Source: Lachnospiraceae bacterium (lineage in GTDB: Bacteria; Bacillota; Clostridia; Lachnospirales; Lachnospiraceae). Taken from it: a DNA stretch of 38,765 nt. A program made the position numbers and the translations under genes. The stretch spans positions 1 to 38,765 of the forward strand of contig JBGZAX010000010.1 of assembly GCA_041844335.1 (NCBI GenBank), given 5' to 3'. Below are positions 8,538 through 20,103 of this stretch, piece by piece (the stretch's first letter is position 1; the number at the start of each line of letters is the position of its first letter). The notes below the pieces were generated by a model. The model was not told where the DNA came from, made no database searches, and saw nothing but the letters and a program-made list of their open reading frames with translations.

Positions 8538-10844
8538 TCAATCATTTACACGGCTTCCCTTGGTATCCCTTTTTGCCAATCTTAAAGAGGAATAAAACCT
8601 TATTTTTTTATCAGTCTCCATATTAACATCATCCGAAATATCCCTGAATAATGGAAAGGCTTTAAGCTCATCATCCGAATTTTCTATTGGAGTAAACACC
8701 TCGGCTTTCTCTATGAGATCGCCTCTTTCAAGCCTCATTCCTCTGACACCGACAGAATTTTTTTTCATTTTCGACACTTCACTCAATCTGAATCTTAAAT
8801 AAATATCACCGCAGGTCTTCAACACTACATTTGTTTCATCATTTATTTCAAGTATACAAACCAGCCTGTCATCTTCGAGCAATTTGGTCGAAACGATACT
8901 CTTTTTGGAGGTCACATCGAATTCAGAACCCTGAACCGTTTTCAGCATGGATTTTTCGGTAATAAACAACAGCTCCTTGCTTTTCAGATCCTCAAAGCCT
9001 GTGAAATAAACTATGCTTTCATCAGCTGTATTAATTCCTGAAATATTATCAAGAGGAATTCCCTTATCTTTAAGCTTTCCGATACTTAAATCTCTTGCTT
9101 TAATCAGATACATCTTTCCATTATCCGTAAAAATACAGATTTTGTCGGTGTTTTTAATGTTTAAGACAAAATTATTGTCCGCATCCGACGTCGCCTTATT
9201 CCTGTCATATATGGCTCTTTCAACCGCTCTTATATAAAAAAGCTTATCAACCAGAACTGTAATATCCTGCTCCACTATATCGATATCAGAAACAGTGACG
9301 GATTCGCTGTCAACTATCCTTGTACACCTCTCCCTGCCAAACAGCTTTTTTAACCTGTTAAGCTCCTGAATAATTTTGCTCTTAAGCTTCTCCTTATCAG
9401 AGAGGATGGCGGCATATTCTTCAATGTTTTTTAAGGTTTTGTCATACTCTCTTTGCAGTATCTCAAGCTCAAGTCCCACAAGCTTTTGCATTCGCATTTC
9501 TAAAATTGCATTCGCCTGTTTTTGCGTAAAATCAAAGCTCTTTGCAATATCTTCATATTCCTTACTTCTGAAGCTTATGTTTTTAGTATCTCCTGTTGTA
9601 AGACAGAGCTTAACGTCAGATACCGTTCTTGCTCCGCGAAGAGCGGCTATTATCACGTCAATCACATCAATAGCCTTAAGCAACCCCTCTTCGATCTCTT
9701 TTTTCGACTGTTCCTTTTTAAGCAGGGTATTATATTTTCTGGTAAAAATTCCCGTCTGAAAATCTCCCACCTCTTTAAGAATATCAATAAGTCCCATCAC
9801 CTTAGGCTTACCCTCCGACACGGTGAGCATATTAACCGATAGAGTATCCTCAAGCTTGGTTTTACCATAGATCAGATTTAATATTCCCTGTGCATCAGCT
9901 CCCTTTTTAAGCTCAATTACTATCCTTATTCCATCCTTGGAACTCATATTTGAAATATTTACGACATCATTTAACCGTTTACTCTCAACCAAATTTTCAA
10001 TATCCACAAGAAATTTATTTATGCCTGCCCCTATCATTGTATAAGGAACTTCAGATATCACAATCCGCGGCTTTCCCTTTATCTCCTCTATAGCGGCTGT
10101 CCCTCTCAATCTGATGCGTCCGGTTCCGTTCTCATAGATATCCTTTAATTCGCTCTTGTTTACAATACTTCCTCCGGTCGGAAAATCAGGTCCCTTTAAT
10201 ATATTCATTAAACTGTCAAGATCGGGATTTTCATTTTTTATAATATAAATTAGAGCATCTATACTCTCTGAAATATTATGTGGCGGTATGTTTGTGACCA
10301 TTCCGACCGCTATACCCTCGGCTCCGTTTATAAGTATATTAGGCAGCCTGCACGGTAAAACCTCCGGCTCTAATAAAGAGTCGTCAAAATTTGAAACAAA
10401 GTCCACCACGTCCTTATCAAGATCGGTTAGAAGAGCCTCTTCACTGACCTTTTTCAGCCTACATTCGGTATAGCGCATAGCGGCGGCTCCGTCGCCCTCT
10501 ATTGAGCCGAAATTTCCGTGACCGTCAACCATTGTCATTCCCTTTTTAAAGCTCTGTGACATAATGACAAGCGATTCATAAATAGAGCTGTCTCCGTGTG
10601 GATGATATTTACCCATAGTGTCGCCGACAACCCTTGCACATTTCTTATATGGCTTATCGGATGTCAAACCAAGCTCATACATATCAAATAAGGTACGCCT
10701 TTGAACAGGCTTTAAGCCGTCCCTTACATCGGGAATTGCTCTTGATATGATGACACTCATAGCATAGTCGATATAAGACTGCTGCATAAGCTCCGCATAA
10801 TCAGAAATTATTATATTTTCGTTGTTTTCATTATTTATACTCAT
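8538..10844 (-). CDS. Type IIA topoisomerase subunit A (GyrA/ParC-like) with a short, degenerate C-terminal domain
   Basis: IPDVRDGLKPVQRR, QRDR-like KYHPHGDSSIYESLV, and catalytic Tyr in AAAMRYTECRL. Only 768 aa. I see no GyrA-box (QRRGGKG). No B subunit is adjacent. Confidence 0.85.
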   Translation of the reverse strand: MSINNENNENIIISDYAELMQQSYIDYAMSVIISRAIPDVRDGLKPVQRRTLFDMYELGLTSDKPYKKCARVVGDTMGKYHPHGDSSIYESLVIMSQSFKKGMTMVDGHGNFGSIEGDGAAAMRYTECRLKKVSEEALLTDLDKDVVDFVSNFDDSLLEPEVLPCRLPNILINGAEGIAVGMVTNIPPHNISESIDALIYIIKNENPDLDSLMNILKGPDFPTGGSIVNKSELKDIYENGTGRIRLRGTAAIEEIKGKPRIVISEVPYTMIGAGINKFLVDIENLVESKRLNDVVNISNMSSKDGIRIVIELKKGADAQGILNLIYGKTKLEDTLSVNMLTVSEGKPKVMGLIDILKEVGDFQTGIFTRKYNTLLKKEQSKKEIEEGLLKAIDVIDVIIAALRGARTVSDVKLCLTTGDTKNISFRSKEYEDIAKSFDFTQKQANAILEMRMQKLVGLELEILQREYDKTLKNIEEYAAILSDKEKLKSKIIQELNRLKKLFGRERCTRIVDSESVTVSDIDIVEQDITVLVDKLFYIRAVERAIYDRNKATSDADNNFVLNIKNTDKICIFTDNGKMYLIKARDLSIGKLKDKGIPLDNISGINTADESIVYFTGFEDLKSKELLFITEKSMLKTVQGSEFDVTSKKSIVSTKLLEDDRLVCILEINDETNVVLKTCGDIYLRFRLSEVSKMKKNSVGVRGMRLERGDLIEKAEVFTPIENSDDELKAFPLFRDISDDVNMETDKKIRFYSSLRLAKRDTKGSRVND

Positions 10845-10873
10845 CTTGTTTCCTTAAATATTTATATCTATAT

Positions 10874-11953
10874 TTAATTACCGGACAGCTTTAATGCCTG
10901 ATCGGCAGCTGTTAATGCATCAATAATGCCCTGTATATCCCCGTTTATAATCTCATCAATCTTATATAGTGTGAGTTTAATTCTATGATCGGTCACACGC
11001 CCCTGTGGAAAATTGTAGGTCCTGATTTTTTCGGATCTGTCCCCGGTTCCAATCTGGCTCTTACGTGTGGATGCCTCTTCATTATGCTTTTTTTCACACT
11101 CAAGCTCATAGAGCTTAGCTCTTAAAACCTTTAAAGCCTTTTCTTTATTTCTAAGCTGAGACTTTTCGTCCTGACATGATATGACAATACCTGTGGGCTT
11201 ATGTGTAAGTCTGACCGCAGAATCAGTGGTATTTACGCACTGTCCTCCGTTGCCCGATGCCCTGAACACATCAAATTTACAATCATTCATATCAAGCTGC
11301 ACATCTATCTCTTCAGCCTCCGGCATTATAGCTACGGTAATGGTAGAGGTGTGTATTCTGCCGCCTGATTCCGTTTCGGGAACTCTTTGCACCCTATGAA
11401 CACCGCTCTCATATTTGAGCTGAGAGTATGCTCCTCGTCCGTTAATCATAAAAACGACCTCTTTCATGCCGCCAAGTCCTATTTCATTGGTACTTATGGT
11501 TTCCACCCTCCAGTTTCTGCTCTCCGCATATCTGATATACATTCTGTATATTTCATAGGCAAAAAGACTCGCCTCATCTCCTCCGGCTCCCGCCCTGATT
11601 TCAACCACAACATTTTTATCATCATTAGGATCCTTCGGTATAAGCAACACATTAATCTTTTTTATGAGCTCCTCCATGCTTACCCTTGCCTTGCTGAGCT
11701 CCTCCTTTGCAAGATCACGAATATCCTCATCTTTTTCGATATCCAGCAGCTCAAGAGCCTCTTTTTCCGAGTTTTGCGCATTATTATACTCATTATAAGC
11801 GGTAACAAGAGGTAAAAGATCATTTTGCTCTATCATAAGCTTTCTGTATCTGTTCTGATCTCCTGTAATGTCGGGAAATCCCAGCTCTCTTGTGATTTCC
11901 TCATATCTGCTCACAAGAGGGACTAATTTTTCAACAATAATATCCATATTCAT
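10874..11953 (-). CDS. prfA: Peptide chain release factor 1
   Basis: GGQ motif ([16 protein letters not shown]) and the RF1-type PxT tripeptide (VPET). 359 aa. Overlaps prmC by 4 nt. Confidence 0.95.
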   Translation of the reverse strand: MNMDIIVEKLVPLVSRYEEITRELGFPDITGDQNRYRKLMIEQNDLLPLVTAYNEYNNAQNSEKEALELLDIEKDEDIRDLAKEELSKARVSMEELIKKINVLLIPKDPNDDKNVVVEIRAGAGGDEASLFAYEIYRMYIRYAESRNWRVETISTNEIGLGGMKEVVFMINGRGAYSQLKYESGVHRVQRVPETESGGRIHTSTITVAIMPEAEEIDVQLDMNDCKFDVFRASGNGGQCVNTTDSAVRLTHKPTGIVISCQDEKSQLRNKEKALKVLRAKLYELECEKKHNEEASTRKSQIGTGDRSEKIRTYNFPQGRVTDHRIKLTLYKIDEIINGDIQGIIDALTAADQALKLSGN

Positions 11954-12774
11954 TCCTTCCTCGCATAAACCACTCTGTTAATTCCGCTTAAGTCACGCAC
12001 AATATTTATATCTTTAAATCCCTCATCCTTAAGCAGCTTAAAAATCTCAAAAGACTGTGTATGTCCGATCTCAAAAAAAAGCATACCGCCATTTTTTAAA
12101 AATTTCTTGTTCTTTACAATTTCTTTGTAAAAGAAAAACCCGTTATCGTCAGCCTCAAGTGCTATTTTAGGCTCAAAATCTACAACCTGTTTTTCAAGTG
12201 ATGCCATTTCGGCAGGGCTTATATAAGGCGGATTGGAGACGATAATATCAAATTTTCCGTTAATGTTTTCAAACAGGTCGCTTTTTATCAACTTTAATGA
12301 TATTCCCAGTCTTTCGGCATTTATTTTCGCAACGGACAATGCCCCCTCCGATATATCGGCTCCCACCGCATTTGCCCTTATCTCGGATAAAATCGATAAA
12401 ATAATACAGCCGCTTCCCGTACACATATCAAGTATACTCATTTCAGGCTTTGCAAACCTAAGAACGGTGTCCACCAAGATTTCCGTGTCAAATCTTGGAA
12501 TAAGCACCTCTCTGTTTACAAAAAAGTCATGTCCCATAAAAAATGCCCTGCCGGTGATATATTGCACAGGTTCATTATTTATACGCCTATTTAAAAGGAG
12601 ATCATATTCCTTAAATTTTTCGTAAGGCACCTCATCTTTTGATTGAAGAAAATACTGTATCCTGTCAAAATTAAAGCAGAACTCAAGTAAAAGTCTCGCA
12701 TCGGTATCATATTCCGGGTCATCAACCGCCATTAATTTATCTGCTCCGTAAGCCAAAACCTCATAAAGCTTCAT
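11950..12774 (-). CDS. prmC: Release factor glutamine N5-methyltransferase
   Basis: SAM motif [10 protein letters not shown] and catalytic VSNPPYI. Sits between the DUF1385 gene and prfA. Confidence 0.9.
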   Translation of the reverse strand: MKLYEVLAYGADKLMAVDDPEYDTDARLLLEFCFNFDRIQYFLQSKDEVPYEKFKEYDLLLNRRINNEPVQYITGRAFFMGHDFFVNREVLIPRFDTEILVDTVLRFAKPEMSILDMCTGSGCIILSILSEIRANAVGADISEGALSVAKINAERLGISLKLIKSDLFENINGKFDIIVSNPPYISPAEMASLEKQVVDFEPKIALEADDNGFFFYKEIVKNKKFLKNGGMLFFEIGHTQSFEIFKLLKDEGFKDINIVRDLSGINRVVYARKE

Positions 12775-13649
12775 AAAGCTTCCTCAATTTCAAGAGCCTT
12801 GATAGCGGATATTGCTACCTCCACCATATCACTGCTCGGCTCCCTCGTGGTAAACATTTGAAAAAATAATGCAGGCTTGGTGAAAATTCTAATAAAAGCA
12901 TTGTCAGTTTTACCTGTCAGCTTTAACAGCTCATAAGATAAGCCTGCAATTATAGGCACTAAAAGCAATCTTATCAAAACTCTTAATAAAAACGTATCAG
13001 CCTTAATAAACATAAATAAAATCACGGAAATGATGATTATATAAAATAAAAATCCCGTTCCGCATCTTTTATGAAACCTCGATGATTTCATCACGTTATC
13101 CACATTAAGCTCAAGCTCGTTTTCTATGCAGTTTATACACTTATGCTCCGCTCCGTGATACATAAAAACACGTCTTATATCCTTTGCCGAAGATACTAAA
13201 ATCATATAAGCAAAAAATACCGCAATACGAATAATGCCCTCGGCTATTGAAATGCCGATTCTTCCAACACCTGTGTTTTTAAGTATACCGGCTAAGAGAT
13301 ATGGCAAGATAATAAAAATTGATACAGCCAAAACGGTTGATAAAAGCATTGTGAAAGCCATAAAAATTTTATCATCATTTTTATTTGTTTTTTTCCGATC
13401 ATTATCTTCAATAAATCCTGCGGAATACTCAAGAGCCGTATACCCGACCGCCAGCGATTCGCAAAAGCTGACAATTCCCCTTATAATAGGAAATTTTTTT
13501 AACGTTTCGATGAAATCATTTTGTTTTATCTTTTCTTTTTTTATTATTATTTCATTATCAGGCTTTCTTACGGCAATTGCTATGTCATTTTTATAACGCA
13601 TAAATATACCCTCAATTAAAGCCTGCCCGCCTATGTCACAATTTTTCAA
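12771..13649 (-). CDS. DUF1385 domain membrane protein (YqhQ-like)
   Basis: GGQALIEGIFMR N-terminus and the YHGAEHKCINC motif. Conserved neighbour of prmC in Firmicutes. Likely TTG start with an AGAGG RBS. Confidence 0.8.
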   Translation of the reverse strand: MKNCDIGGQALIEGIFMRYKNDIAIAVRKPDNEIIIKKEKIKQNDFIETLKKFPIIRGIVSFCESLAVGYTALEYSAGFIEDNDRKKTNKNDDKIFMAFTMLLSTVLAVSIFIILPYLLAGILKNTGVGRIGISIAEGIIRIAVFFAYMILVSSAKDIRRVFMYHGAEHKCINCIENELELNVDNVMKSSRFHKRCGTGFLFYIIIISVILFMFIKADTFLLRVLIRLLLVPIIAGLSYELLKLTGKTDNAFIRIFTKPALFFQMFTTREPSSDMVEVAISAIKALEIEEAL

Positions 13650-13731
13650 TAAATTTACCTCTTCGTGCTATAAATTCTAATTTGAATTGCCGAAAACGCT
13701 GCTTCCGCTCCAAAATAATTAAATGCTCACA

Positions 13732-13763
13732 GTAAAAACGGGTAGAGCAACTAAGCCCAACCC
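13732..13763 (-). terminator. Possible intrinsic terminator after rpmE
   Basis: On the minus strand, GGGTTGGGC-TTAGTT-GCTCTACCC (imperfect 9-bp stem) followed by GTTTTTAC. Confidence 0.4.
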
Positions 13764-13788
13764 ATTTATATAGAGAATATTAAGTCTT

Positions 13789-13998
13789 CTATTGTTCCGC
13801 TTTAATGCCGTATCTTGTGTTAAACTGATGAATACGACCTCTAGCAGCAGCAGCCTTTTGCTGTCCTGTGTAGAAAGGATGACATTTTGAACAGATTTCC
13901 ACGTGAATATTTTCCTTTGTGGATCCTGTTTTAAAGGTATTACCGCAGTTACAAGTAACAGTTGCTTCTTGATAATTTGGATGAACTTCAACTTTCAT
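13789..13998 (-). CDS. rpmE: 50S ribosomal protein L31, Zn-ribbon (four-Cys) type
   Basis: [22 protein letters not shown]...[13 protein letters not shown]. The real start is the internal ATG at 13998, with an AGGTG RBS upstream. The listed ORF to 14049 is an upstream extension. Confidence 0.93.
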   Translation of the reverse strand: MKVEVHPNYQEATVTCNCGNTFKTGSTKENIHVEICSKCHPFYTGQQKAAAARGRIHQFNTRYGIKAEQ

Positions 13999-14116
13999 TA
14001 TATTACACCTCATTTTCTTTAACAGTTTTTTCACTCTTGTTTCCGACAAGAGATACCGGCAGTCAAAAACAACTGCTCTAACCTTTGTATATTATCATAT
14101 ATGAATATAAAATTCA

Positions 14117-14143
14117 AGGGGTATTTTTTTATAAATTACCCCT
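14117..14143 (-). terminator. Weak hairpin downstream of the first chemoreceptor gene
   Basis: AGGGGTA / TACCCCT 7-bp stem with a 13-nt AT loop. The minus-strand tail is TTGAATTTTAT. Confidence 0.35.
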
Positions 14144-14205
14144 GAATCCCAAATTTATGATAAAAATCAATTTTAATCCTTTGGTAAATAATTTATACCA
14201 TTTTC

Positions 14206-15036
14206 TCACTCTTCAAGCTTGAACTTCGTGATCAGATCCTCTAAAATATTAGCCTGTGCCGCCAGTTCTTCGCTTGCCGCCGCACTTTCCTCACTGGTAG
14301 CGGAATTTGTCTGAACTACAGACGATATCTGATCTATACCTATGGTAATCTGTGATATGGATTCAGCCTGTCCCTTAGATGACTTCGCAATGTTTTCCAC
14401 GCTGTTTGTCACGTCACTTATCTTGGTTACCACCACATCCATAGACTTAGATGTTTTATCGGCTAAACTGCTGCCCTTTTCTACAGCTGTCATAGTATTT
14501 TCTATAAGAGTAGTAGTACTCTTCGCCGCTTCGGCGGATTTACCGGCTAAATTTCTTACCTCATCCGCTACCACTGCAAAGCCCTTGCCCGCCTCTCCGG
14601 CTCTGGCTGCCTCAACTGCTGCATTTAATGCCAATATATTGGTCTGAAATGCTATATCATCTATTGTTTTTATTATCTTGCTTATTTCATTGGAAACATT
14701 TGTTATCTCTTCCATTGCCGCCATCAGCTCACTCATGCTTGCACTGCTTTGCTCAAGCTCACGTGCCGCAGATACCACTATATTATTGGCTTCTATGGTT
14801 TCATCGGCATTTTTTTGTATACCTTCATTTATCTCCGCAATAGACGCAGACAGCTCTTCTACACTGGCAGCCTGCTCCGTGGCTCCCTGGGATAAAGCCT
14901 GTGCTCCGTCGGATACCTGATTCGCTCCTTGATTTATTTGGGCGGTTGCGGTATTTATACTTCCAAAAGTGTTGTTTAATGTATCAAGTAAACTGTCATA
15001 GGAATTTTGTATAGATACAAATTCTCCGACAAAATT
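14206..15036 (-). repeat. Near-identical ~830 bp copy A of the MCP signalling-domain module
   Basis: Aligns without gaps at a constant offset of 2458 nt to 16664..17494, with ~95 percent amino-acid identity by eye. Similarity drops sharply upstream of the [20 protein letters not shown] segment. Confidence 0.85.
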
Positions 15037-16389
15037 GTTATCAGGCCTTTGTGTGAAATCCTGATTTTCAAGTGCCAGCATCCAATTTCTGATATTCAAT
15101 ATGGTGTTTTTAAGCTGTGCAAAGGCTCTTGACATTTTTTGACTGGTAAGTCCTATTTCATCTCTACGGGAGTAACTTATATTAAAGCTGAAATCTCCCG
15201 CCTCAAGTGCTCCCGCAGCCAAACTCAGCTCCGACAACGGTCGCAAGCCTTTCTTTATACTGAGCGACAATATGACCACCAACAGCACGATAGAAATTAC
15301 TGAAATAACAACCATAGTCACAATAAGATTAAATACGTCCTTAAGCAAATCTTTATTCTGTAAGGCAGTCACTATCCACCACGTTTGACCGGCAATCTCT
15401 ACCGGCTCAAAATAACTCATATATAGTTGGTTATCATTTGCCGTAACTTTGGCTGTAAACCCCTGTCCTTTTGTAATATTCTCGTTTACCTTATCCAAAT
15501 GCTTTTTATTTACAATCATAGTGTCAATAGAATATTCTATCGCCTTTTCTCCCAATGAACTATGATAAAGCAGCTTACCGTTTTCGTTAATCAGAGCCGA
15601 AAACATAGTCTTAAATGATTCGTCACTTCCAGTAATGCTTGAAAATTCCGACAGTTTTATATCCACTAAAATTACTCCTATGGCTCTGTCTGCTGATAAT
15701 ATTGGTGTTGCGGTACTGACTACCATACTTTTTCCATCTGCAATATCTAAATAGGGCTCTGTAATAACCGGCTTTTTCGTACTGATTGCATCAACATACC
15801 ACTCTCTTTCCAAATATTCCAAACCCACGTGAAAATCTGATGTTTTATCAGATGTTGCATTCCAAGTTCCCACATACATGCAAAATTTTTCCTGTTTTTT
15901 ACTGAAAACATAAGGCTCAAAAAAGATACCGCAACCATGTATAAGACTGTGATTAGCTGCAATACTCTTGAATGTGTTTATATAATAGCTTTCAGCATCG
16001 TACTGTTCATCAGTCAGACTCAAGGCTCCGCCGTATATCTGGCTGTTTCTCTGATGTTCTGCAGATCCGTAATGACCGAATTTATCCAAATGTTCCAAAG
16101 TATAATCTCTTGCAGTTTCCGAGATGATACCTGCAACTTTCATCTTATTTAAGACCTCTTTTCGATTGTTTATAGCATAGTTGGTAAAAATTTTATTTGT
16201 ATTTTTGGTGATTCTGGCGGTACTGCTGATTATAACCACTATAGTTAAAACAGTCAGCACCGCTAAAATAATAACAGCCAACTTGAGAGAAATTTTGGTA
16301 GATATTTGTTCCTTAAATCTCAGTTCTTTCTCTCCTCTTGCATCCCCCTTTTCAATCACAGCACTATTCTTTCCTTTAAATAGTTTCAC
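14206..16389 (-). CDS. Methyl-accepting chemotaxis protein with a double-Cache-like extracellular sensor and HAMP domain
   Basis: TM helix, ~330-aa periplasmic region, second TM helix, HAMP (GLRPLSELS...DEIG). Highly conserved signalling hairpin [37 protein letters not shown]. Start set at the GTG at 16389, which has a GGAGG RBS 8 nt upstream. Confidence 0.9.
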   Translation of the reverse strand: MKLFKGKNSAVIEKGDARGEKELRFKEQISTKISLKLAVIILAVLTVLTIVVIISSTARITKNTNKIFTNYAINNRKEVLNKMKVAGIISETARDYTLEHLDKFGHYGSAEHQRNSQIYGGALSLTDEQYDAESYYINTFKSIAANHSLIHGCGIFFEPYVFSKKQEKFCMYVGTWNATSDKTSDFHVGLEYLEREWYVDAISTKKPVITEPYLDIADGKSMVVSTATPILSADRAIGVILVDIKLSEFSSITGSDESFKTMFSALINENGKLLYHSSLGEKAIEYSIDTMIVNKKHLDKVNENITKGQGFTAKVTANDNQLYMSYFEPVEIAGQTWWIVTALQNKDLLKDVFNLIVTMVVISVISIVLLVVILSLSIKKGLRPLSELSLAAGALEAGDFSFNISYSRRDEIGLTSQKMSRAFAQLKNTILNIRNWMLALENQDFTQRPDNNFVGEFVSIQNSYDSLLDTLNNTFGSINTATAQINQGANQVSDGAQALSQGATEQAASVEELSASIAEINEGIQKNADETIEANNIVVSAARELEQSSASMSELMAAMEEITNVSNEISKIIKTIDDIAFQTNILALNAAVEAARAGEAGKGFAVVADEVRNLAGKSAEAAKSTTTLIENTMTAVEKGSSLADKTSKSMDVVVTKISDVTNSVENIAKSSKGQAESISQITIGIDQISSVVQTNSATSEESAAASEELAAQANILEDLITKFKLEE

Positions 16390-16576
16390 AAAACATACCT
16401 CCGCATAATTATTTTTATTAAATTTTACCACATTTATATCTGTGAAATATTTTAATATAATATTATATCTGAGGTTGCATGTCAACACAAATAACTAACC
16501 ATGATGGACATTTTAACCAAATGTAACAATTTTAAAACTTTAATGTATTATATAGGAAAACATTGCCGGATTATTA

Positions 16577-16620
16577 AAAAAAAAAGCATTCCAAGCTTTT
16601 TACCCGAAATGCTTTTTTTA
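16577..16620 (-). terminator. Intrinsic terminator between the two chemoreceptor genes
   Basis: Minus strand: AAAGCATT ... AATGCTTT stem followed by a run of 10 T. The stem is flanked by an A-run, so it could work in both directions. Confidence 0.5.
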
Positions 16621-16663
16621 GCTCTCATACAAGTCTATAGTTATTTCCGTCTGAAACCTGTCC

Positions 16664-17494
16664 TCAAGACTCAAGCTTGTACTTTCTTATCAGACTTTCC
16701 AGCACACCCGCCTGTGCCGCCAGCTCTTCGCTTGCTGCCGCACTTTCCTCGCTGGTAGCGGAATTGGTCTGAACTACGGACGATATCTGATCTATACCTA
16801 TGGTAATCTGTGATATAAATTCAGCCTGCCCCCTGGATGATTTTGCAATGTTTTCTACGCTGTTGGTCACATCATTTATCTTAGTTACCACCACATCCAT
16901 AGACTTAGAGGTTCTATCGGCTAAACTGCTGCCCTTAGCTACGGCTGCCATAGTATTTTCTATAAGAGTCGTGGTACTCTTTGCCGCTTCGGCGGATTTA
17001 CCGGCTAAATTTCTCACCTCATCCGCTACGACCGCAAAGCCTTTGCCCGCCTCCCCGGCTCTGGCTGCCTCAACCGCCGCATTTAATGCCAATATATTGG
17101 TCTGAAATGCTATATCGTCTATTGTTTTTATTATCTTACTTATTTCATTGGACACATTTGTTATTTCCTCCATAGCCACCATAAGCTCGCTCATGCTTGC
17201 ACTGCTTTGCTCAAGCTCCTGTGCCGCAGATACTACTATGTTATTTGCCTCTACGGTCTCATCGGCATTTTTTTGTATACCCTCATTTATCTCCGCAATA
17301 GACGCCGACAGCTCCTGTACACTTGCAGCCTGCTCTGTAGCTCCATGTGATAAATCCTGTGCTCCCTCGGATACCTGATTCGCTCCTTGATTTATCTGAG
17401 CGGCTGCAATATTTATACTTCCAAAAGCATCGTTTAATGTATCAAGTAAGCTGTCATAGGAGTTTTGTATGGATACAAACTCTCCGACAAAATC
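16664..17494 (-). repeat. Near-identical ~830 bp copy B of the MCP signalling-domain module
   Basis: See copy A at 14206..15036. Confidence 0.85.
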
Positions 17495-18838
17495 TGTCTG
17501 CGGTCTAAGTGTAAAGTCCTGAGATGCTAATGATTGCATCCATTCCTGTATTTCCAAGATCGTTTGCTTCAATCCCACAAATGCCGATGATATAAGGCTG
17601 CAAGTATGTCCTATTTCATCACGATTCATATATGTTATTTCATAGCCGAAGTCTCCGGATTTCAAAGCCTGTGCCGCCTCACTAAGCTGTCCTAAAGGTC
17701 TTAAGCCCTTAACTATACTTGCTGATATGATTATTATAAGCCCCACCAATGATACTATGGATATAGATGCCATTGTAACCACAAGGACATAAACATCCTT
17801 TAGCTGATCGTCTCTTTGAAGTGCAGTATATGCCCACCATGTTTCACCGCCTGCAACCACAGGCACAAAATATCCTAAATAAAGTTTTTTATTCTGCGAG
17901 GTTATGTTTCCGACAAAAGGCTGTTTTTCATCCAGCTTACCCTTAATCACAGAAAGCTCTTTAGGATCAGGAATTAAAACACTTAACGGCTGCCCGACAG
18001 CCTTCTCTCCCCTTGTACTATGATACAGTACACTGCCGCTTTCACTCAGTAGACCTGCTATCATGGTTTTATAGCTTTCATCATAGCTGACCAATGTTTT
18101 AAATTCATCTAAATTTATATCGACAGCCAGCACAGCCACTATTTTATTGTCAATAATTACGGGAGTTGCCAATGTTAAAATTGTCATACCGTCGTATTTA
18201 TAAGGTTCGCTTATTGACGCTTCGCCGTCATTTATAACATTTTTGTACCAAGTCTCTTCAAAATATCCGTCACTGCCCTTTATCTGTGTATAGTCATCGG
18301 TACCGATAGAGCCGTTGTTAACATAGATTGCATATTCTTTCGTATTCTTATTAAATGCATATGGCTCAAAATAAATCCCGGCTCCGGTTAACAGATCGTG
18401 ATTGGCAATACTGCTCATAAGAATATCTATATAGAATTCTTCAGCGTAATGCTGCTTTTCATTAAGCTTAAGACCGTTTGCATATATTTTGCTTAAATGT
18501 AGTGTTCCGGCTGTATCATCAGCTGTGATATCCTTATATTTTTTCAGTGTGTAGTCGAACAACAGCTCATTTACCGTATTTGCGGTGGTTATCTTAAATG
18601 TGACCTCTTTTGAATTTTCTATGGCAAAATTTTCAAAAATTTTGCTTACATTTTTCTTTATTCTGGTCATATTGTTGAAAATAACAATGATTGTTAAAAT
18701 AGCCATTACAAAAAAGATAACGGCGGCTATCTGTGCTGCTATCCTGGTGGAAATTTTTTCATTCCATTTTAATTGCACGCCTGTCACAGCCGGCTCCTGC
18801 CTGAATGCCTTTTGCTTTTTGTTTTCAAAAATTCTCAT
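16664..18838 (-). CDS. Methyl-accepting chemotaxis protein, paralogue of 14206..16389 with a diverged sensor domain
   Basis: Same architecture as its neighbour. Start set at the ATG at 18838 (MRIFENKK), which has an AGGAGG RBS. The listed start at 18856 is a GTG lying inside the RBS region. Confidence 0.9.
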   Translation of the reverse strand: MRIFENKKQKAFRQEPAVTGVQLKWNEKISTRIAAQIAAVIFFVMAILTIIVIFNNMTRIKKNVSKIFENFAIENSKEVTFKITTANTVNELLFDYTLKKYKDITADDTAGTLHLSKIYANGLKLNEKQHYAEEFYIDILMSSIANHDLLTGAGIYFEPYAFNKNTKEYAIYVNNGSIGTDDYTQIKGSDGYFEETWYKNVINDGEASISEPYKYDGMTILTLATPVIIDNKIVAVLAVDINLDEFKTLVSYDESYKTMIAGLLSESGSVLYHSTRGEKAVGQPLSVLIPDPKELSVIKGKLDEKQPFVGNITSQNKKLYLGYFVPVVAGGETWWAYTALQRDDQLKDVYVLVVTMASISIVSLVGLIIIISASIVKGLRPLGQLSEAAQALKSGDFGYEITYMNRDEIGHTCSLISSAFVGLKQTILEIQEWMQSLASQDFTLRPQTDFVGEFVSIQNSYDSLLDTLNDAFGSINIAAAQINQGANQVSEGAQDLSHGATEQAASVQELSASIAEINEGIQKNADETVEANNIVVSAAQELEQSSASMSELMVAMEEITNVSNEISKIIKTIDDIAFQTNILALNAAVEAARAGEAGKGFAVVADEVRNLAGKSAEAAKSTTTLIENTMAAVAKGSSLADRTSKSMDVVVTKINDVTNSVENIAKSSRGQAEFISQITIGIDQISSVVQTNSATSEESAAASEELAAQAGVLESLIRKYKLES

Positions 18839-18892
18839 TTTTCCCCTCCTGTTCACAAGTAAAGCTTAAATTGACAAAATTGCCTACACGCT

Positions 18893-20095
18893 TTAATCAA
18901 AAACTCCGTCAAAAGCTAATTTTTCCAGCTCGCCTTCACTACAACCATACTTTTTCAATACATCAAACGTATCATAGCCTATCTCCTTTCCTGTATGCCT
19001 ATATTCAACCTTAGACTCGGATAGCTTTATCGGCATAGCAAACTGCCTTACCTTCTTCTCACCCGAATCAACCTCAACTATCATAGCTCTTTCCTTTATC
19101 TGTGGATCGTTTTCAAACGCCTCCTCAAAGTCAAGTACCTTTTCAATGCAGGCGTCAAGCCTATCAAATTTTTTCAACCAATAAGACATAGTTTTTGATC
19201 CTATCAGCTGTCTGAACCTGTTTTTCAGAGCCCCGTTGTCCTTAGGCGTAGCCCCCGCATCAATAAGCTCCGGCATATCAACAGCTGTAGCCAGGGCTTT
19301 TAAAAATTTCGGCTCTAAGGAACCTATTGCTAAATATTCCTTATCGGATGTTTCATAAATATCATAAATTCCGGCACCGTTCAGCTCGAAGCCCTCTCTG
19401 GTCTTTTTTCCTCCGTTTAACAAATAATCCGCACCCTCAAAGCTGTTCATGGGAATAATGGTATCCAGCATGGAAATATCGATGTATTGTCCATTTCCCG
19501 TCATGCTTCTGTAATTAACCGCAGCCAAAATACCGATAACTGCATGTAATGCACCACCTGCTATATCTCCCAGCTGTGTACCCATCAAAGACGGTCCATA
19601 ATTTTTGCGTCCGGATATTGATAAGAGTCCGCTCTTTGCCAAAAAATTGATGTCATGCCCCGCCACATCTTTAAGCGGTCCCGTGTTTCCGTAAGAGGAA
19701 ACGGAGCAATATATCAGCTTCGGATTTATTTTGCTGAGTACATCGTAAGACAAACCGAGCCTTTCCATAACACCCGGTCTGAACTGCTCAATAACTATAT
19801 CATATTCCATTATCATTTTCTTAACTATCTCTATTGACTCCGATTTTTTCAAATTTAATGAAACCGTTTTCTTATTCCTGTTTAACCAAAGCTGGTTGGC
19901 ATTCAACCCCAGCTCCTTATCTTTTTCTCCCATTTCATACACAAGATCCAGCTTTGATTTGGAGCCGATTTTCACCACCTCGGCACCCAAGTCCGCCAGC
20001 ATAAGTGTTGCGTATGGACCGGGCAGCAGGGTTGTGAAATCAAGTATTTTTAAATTGCATAAAGCCGATTTGCGATCTCTCATATCATCCGCCAT
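18893..20095 (-). CDS. Family III CoA-transferase (CaiB/BaiF family)
   Basis: N-terminus LKILDFTTLLPGPYATLMLADLGAEVVKI, 400 aa, with a family III glycine-rich segment. The RBS is embedded in the end of degV. Confidence 0.88.
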   Translation of the reverse strand: MADDMRDRKSALCNLKILDFTTLLPGPYATLMLADLGAEVVKIGSKSKLDLVYEMGEKDKELGLNANQLWLNRNKKTVSLNLKKSESIEIVKKMIMEYDIVIEQFRPGVMERLGLSYDVLSKINPKLIYCSVSSYGNTGPLKDVAGHDINFLAKSGLLSISGRKNYGPSLMGTQLGDIAGGALHAVIGILAAVNYRSMTGNGQYIDISMLDTIIPMNSFEGADYLLNGGKKTREGFELNGAGIYDIYETSDKEYLAIGSLEPKFLKALATAVDMPELIDAGATPKDNGALKNRFRQLIGSKTMSYWLKKFDRLDACIEKVLDFEEAFENDPQIKERAMIVEVDSGEKKVRQFAMPIKLSESKVEYRHTGKEIGYDTFDVLKKYGCSEGELEKLAFDGVFD

Positions 20096-20103
20096 AATTC
20101 CTC

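Noticed and set aside
9013-10473. Several 61-127 aa plus-strand ORFs inside the topoisomerase gene
   Set aside because: These are antisense by-products of low complexity with no translation signals. The minus-strand frame has canonical GyrA/ParC motifs throughout.
13719-14049. A 90-aa ORF overlapping rpmE in another frame, and the 17-codon upstream extension of rpmE
   Set aside because: L31 is unambiguous from the MKVEVHPNY start at 13998, which has an AGGTG RBS. The alternate frame is a by-product with no motifs.
14342-14647. A 101-aa plus-strand ORF antisense to the first MCP, with a nearly identical twin at 16800..17105
   Set aside because: The apparent conservation only reflects duplication of the MCP signalling module. 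Ala/Ser/Glu-rich coding sequence commonly leaves the antisense frame open. There is no RBS, and the MCP frame carries unmistakable family motifs.
16390-16488. Upstream extension of the first MCP ORF ([15 protein letters not shown]...)
   Set aside because: There is no RBS at 16488. The GTG at 16389 has a GGAGG 8 nt upstream and gives an N-terminus collinear with the paralogue.
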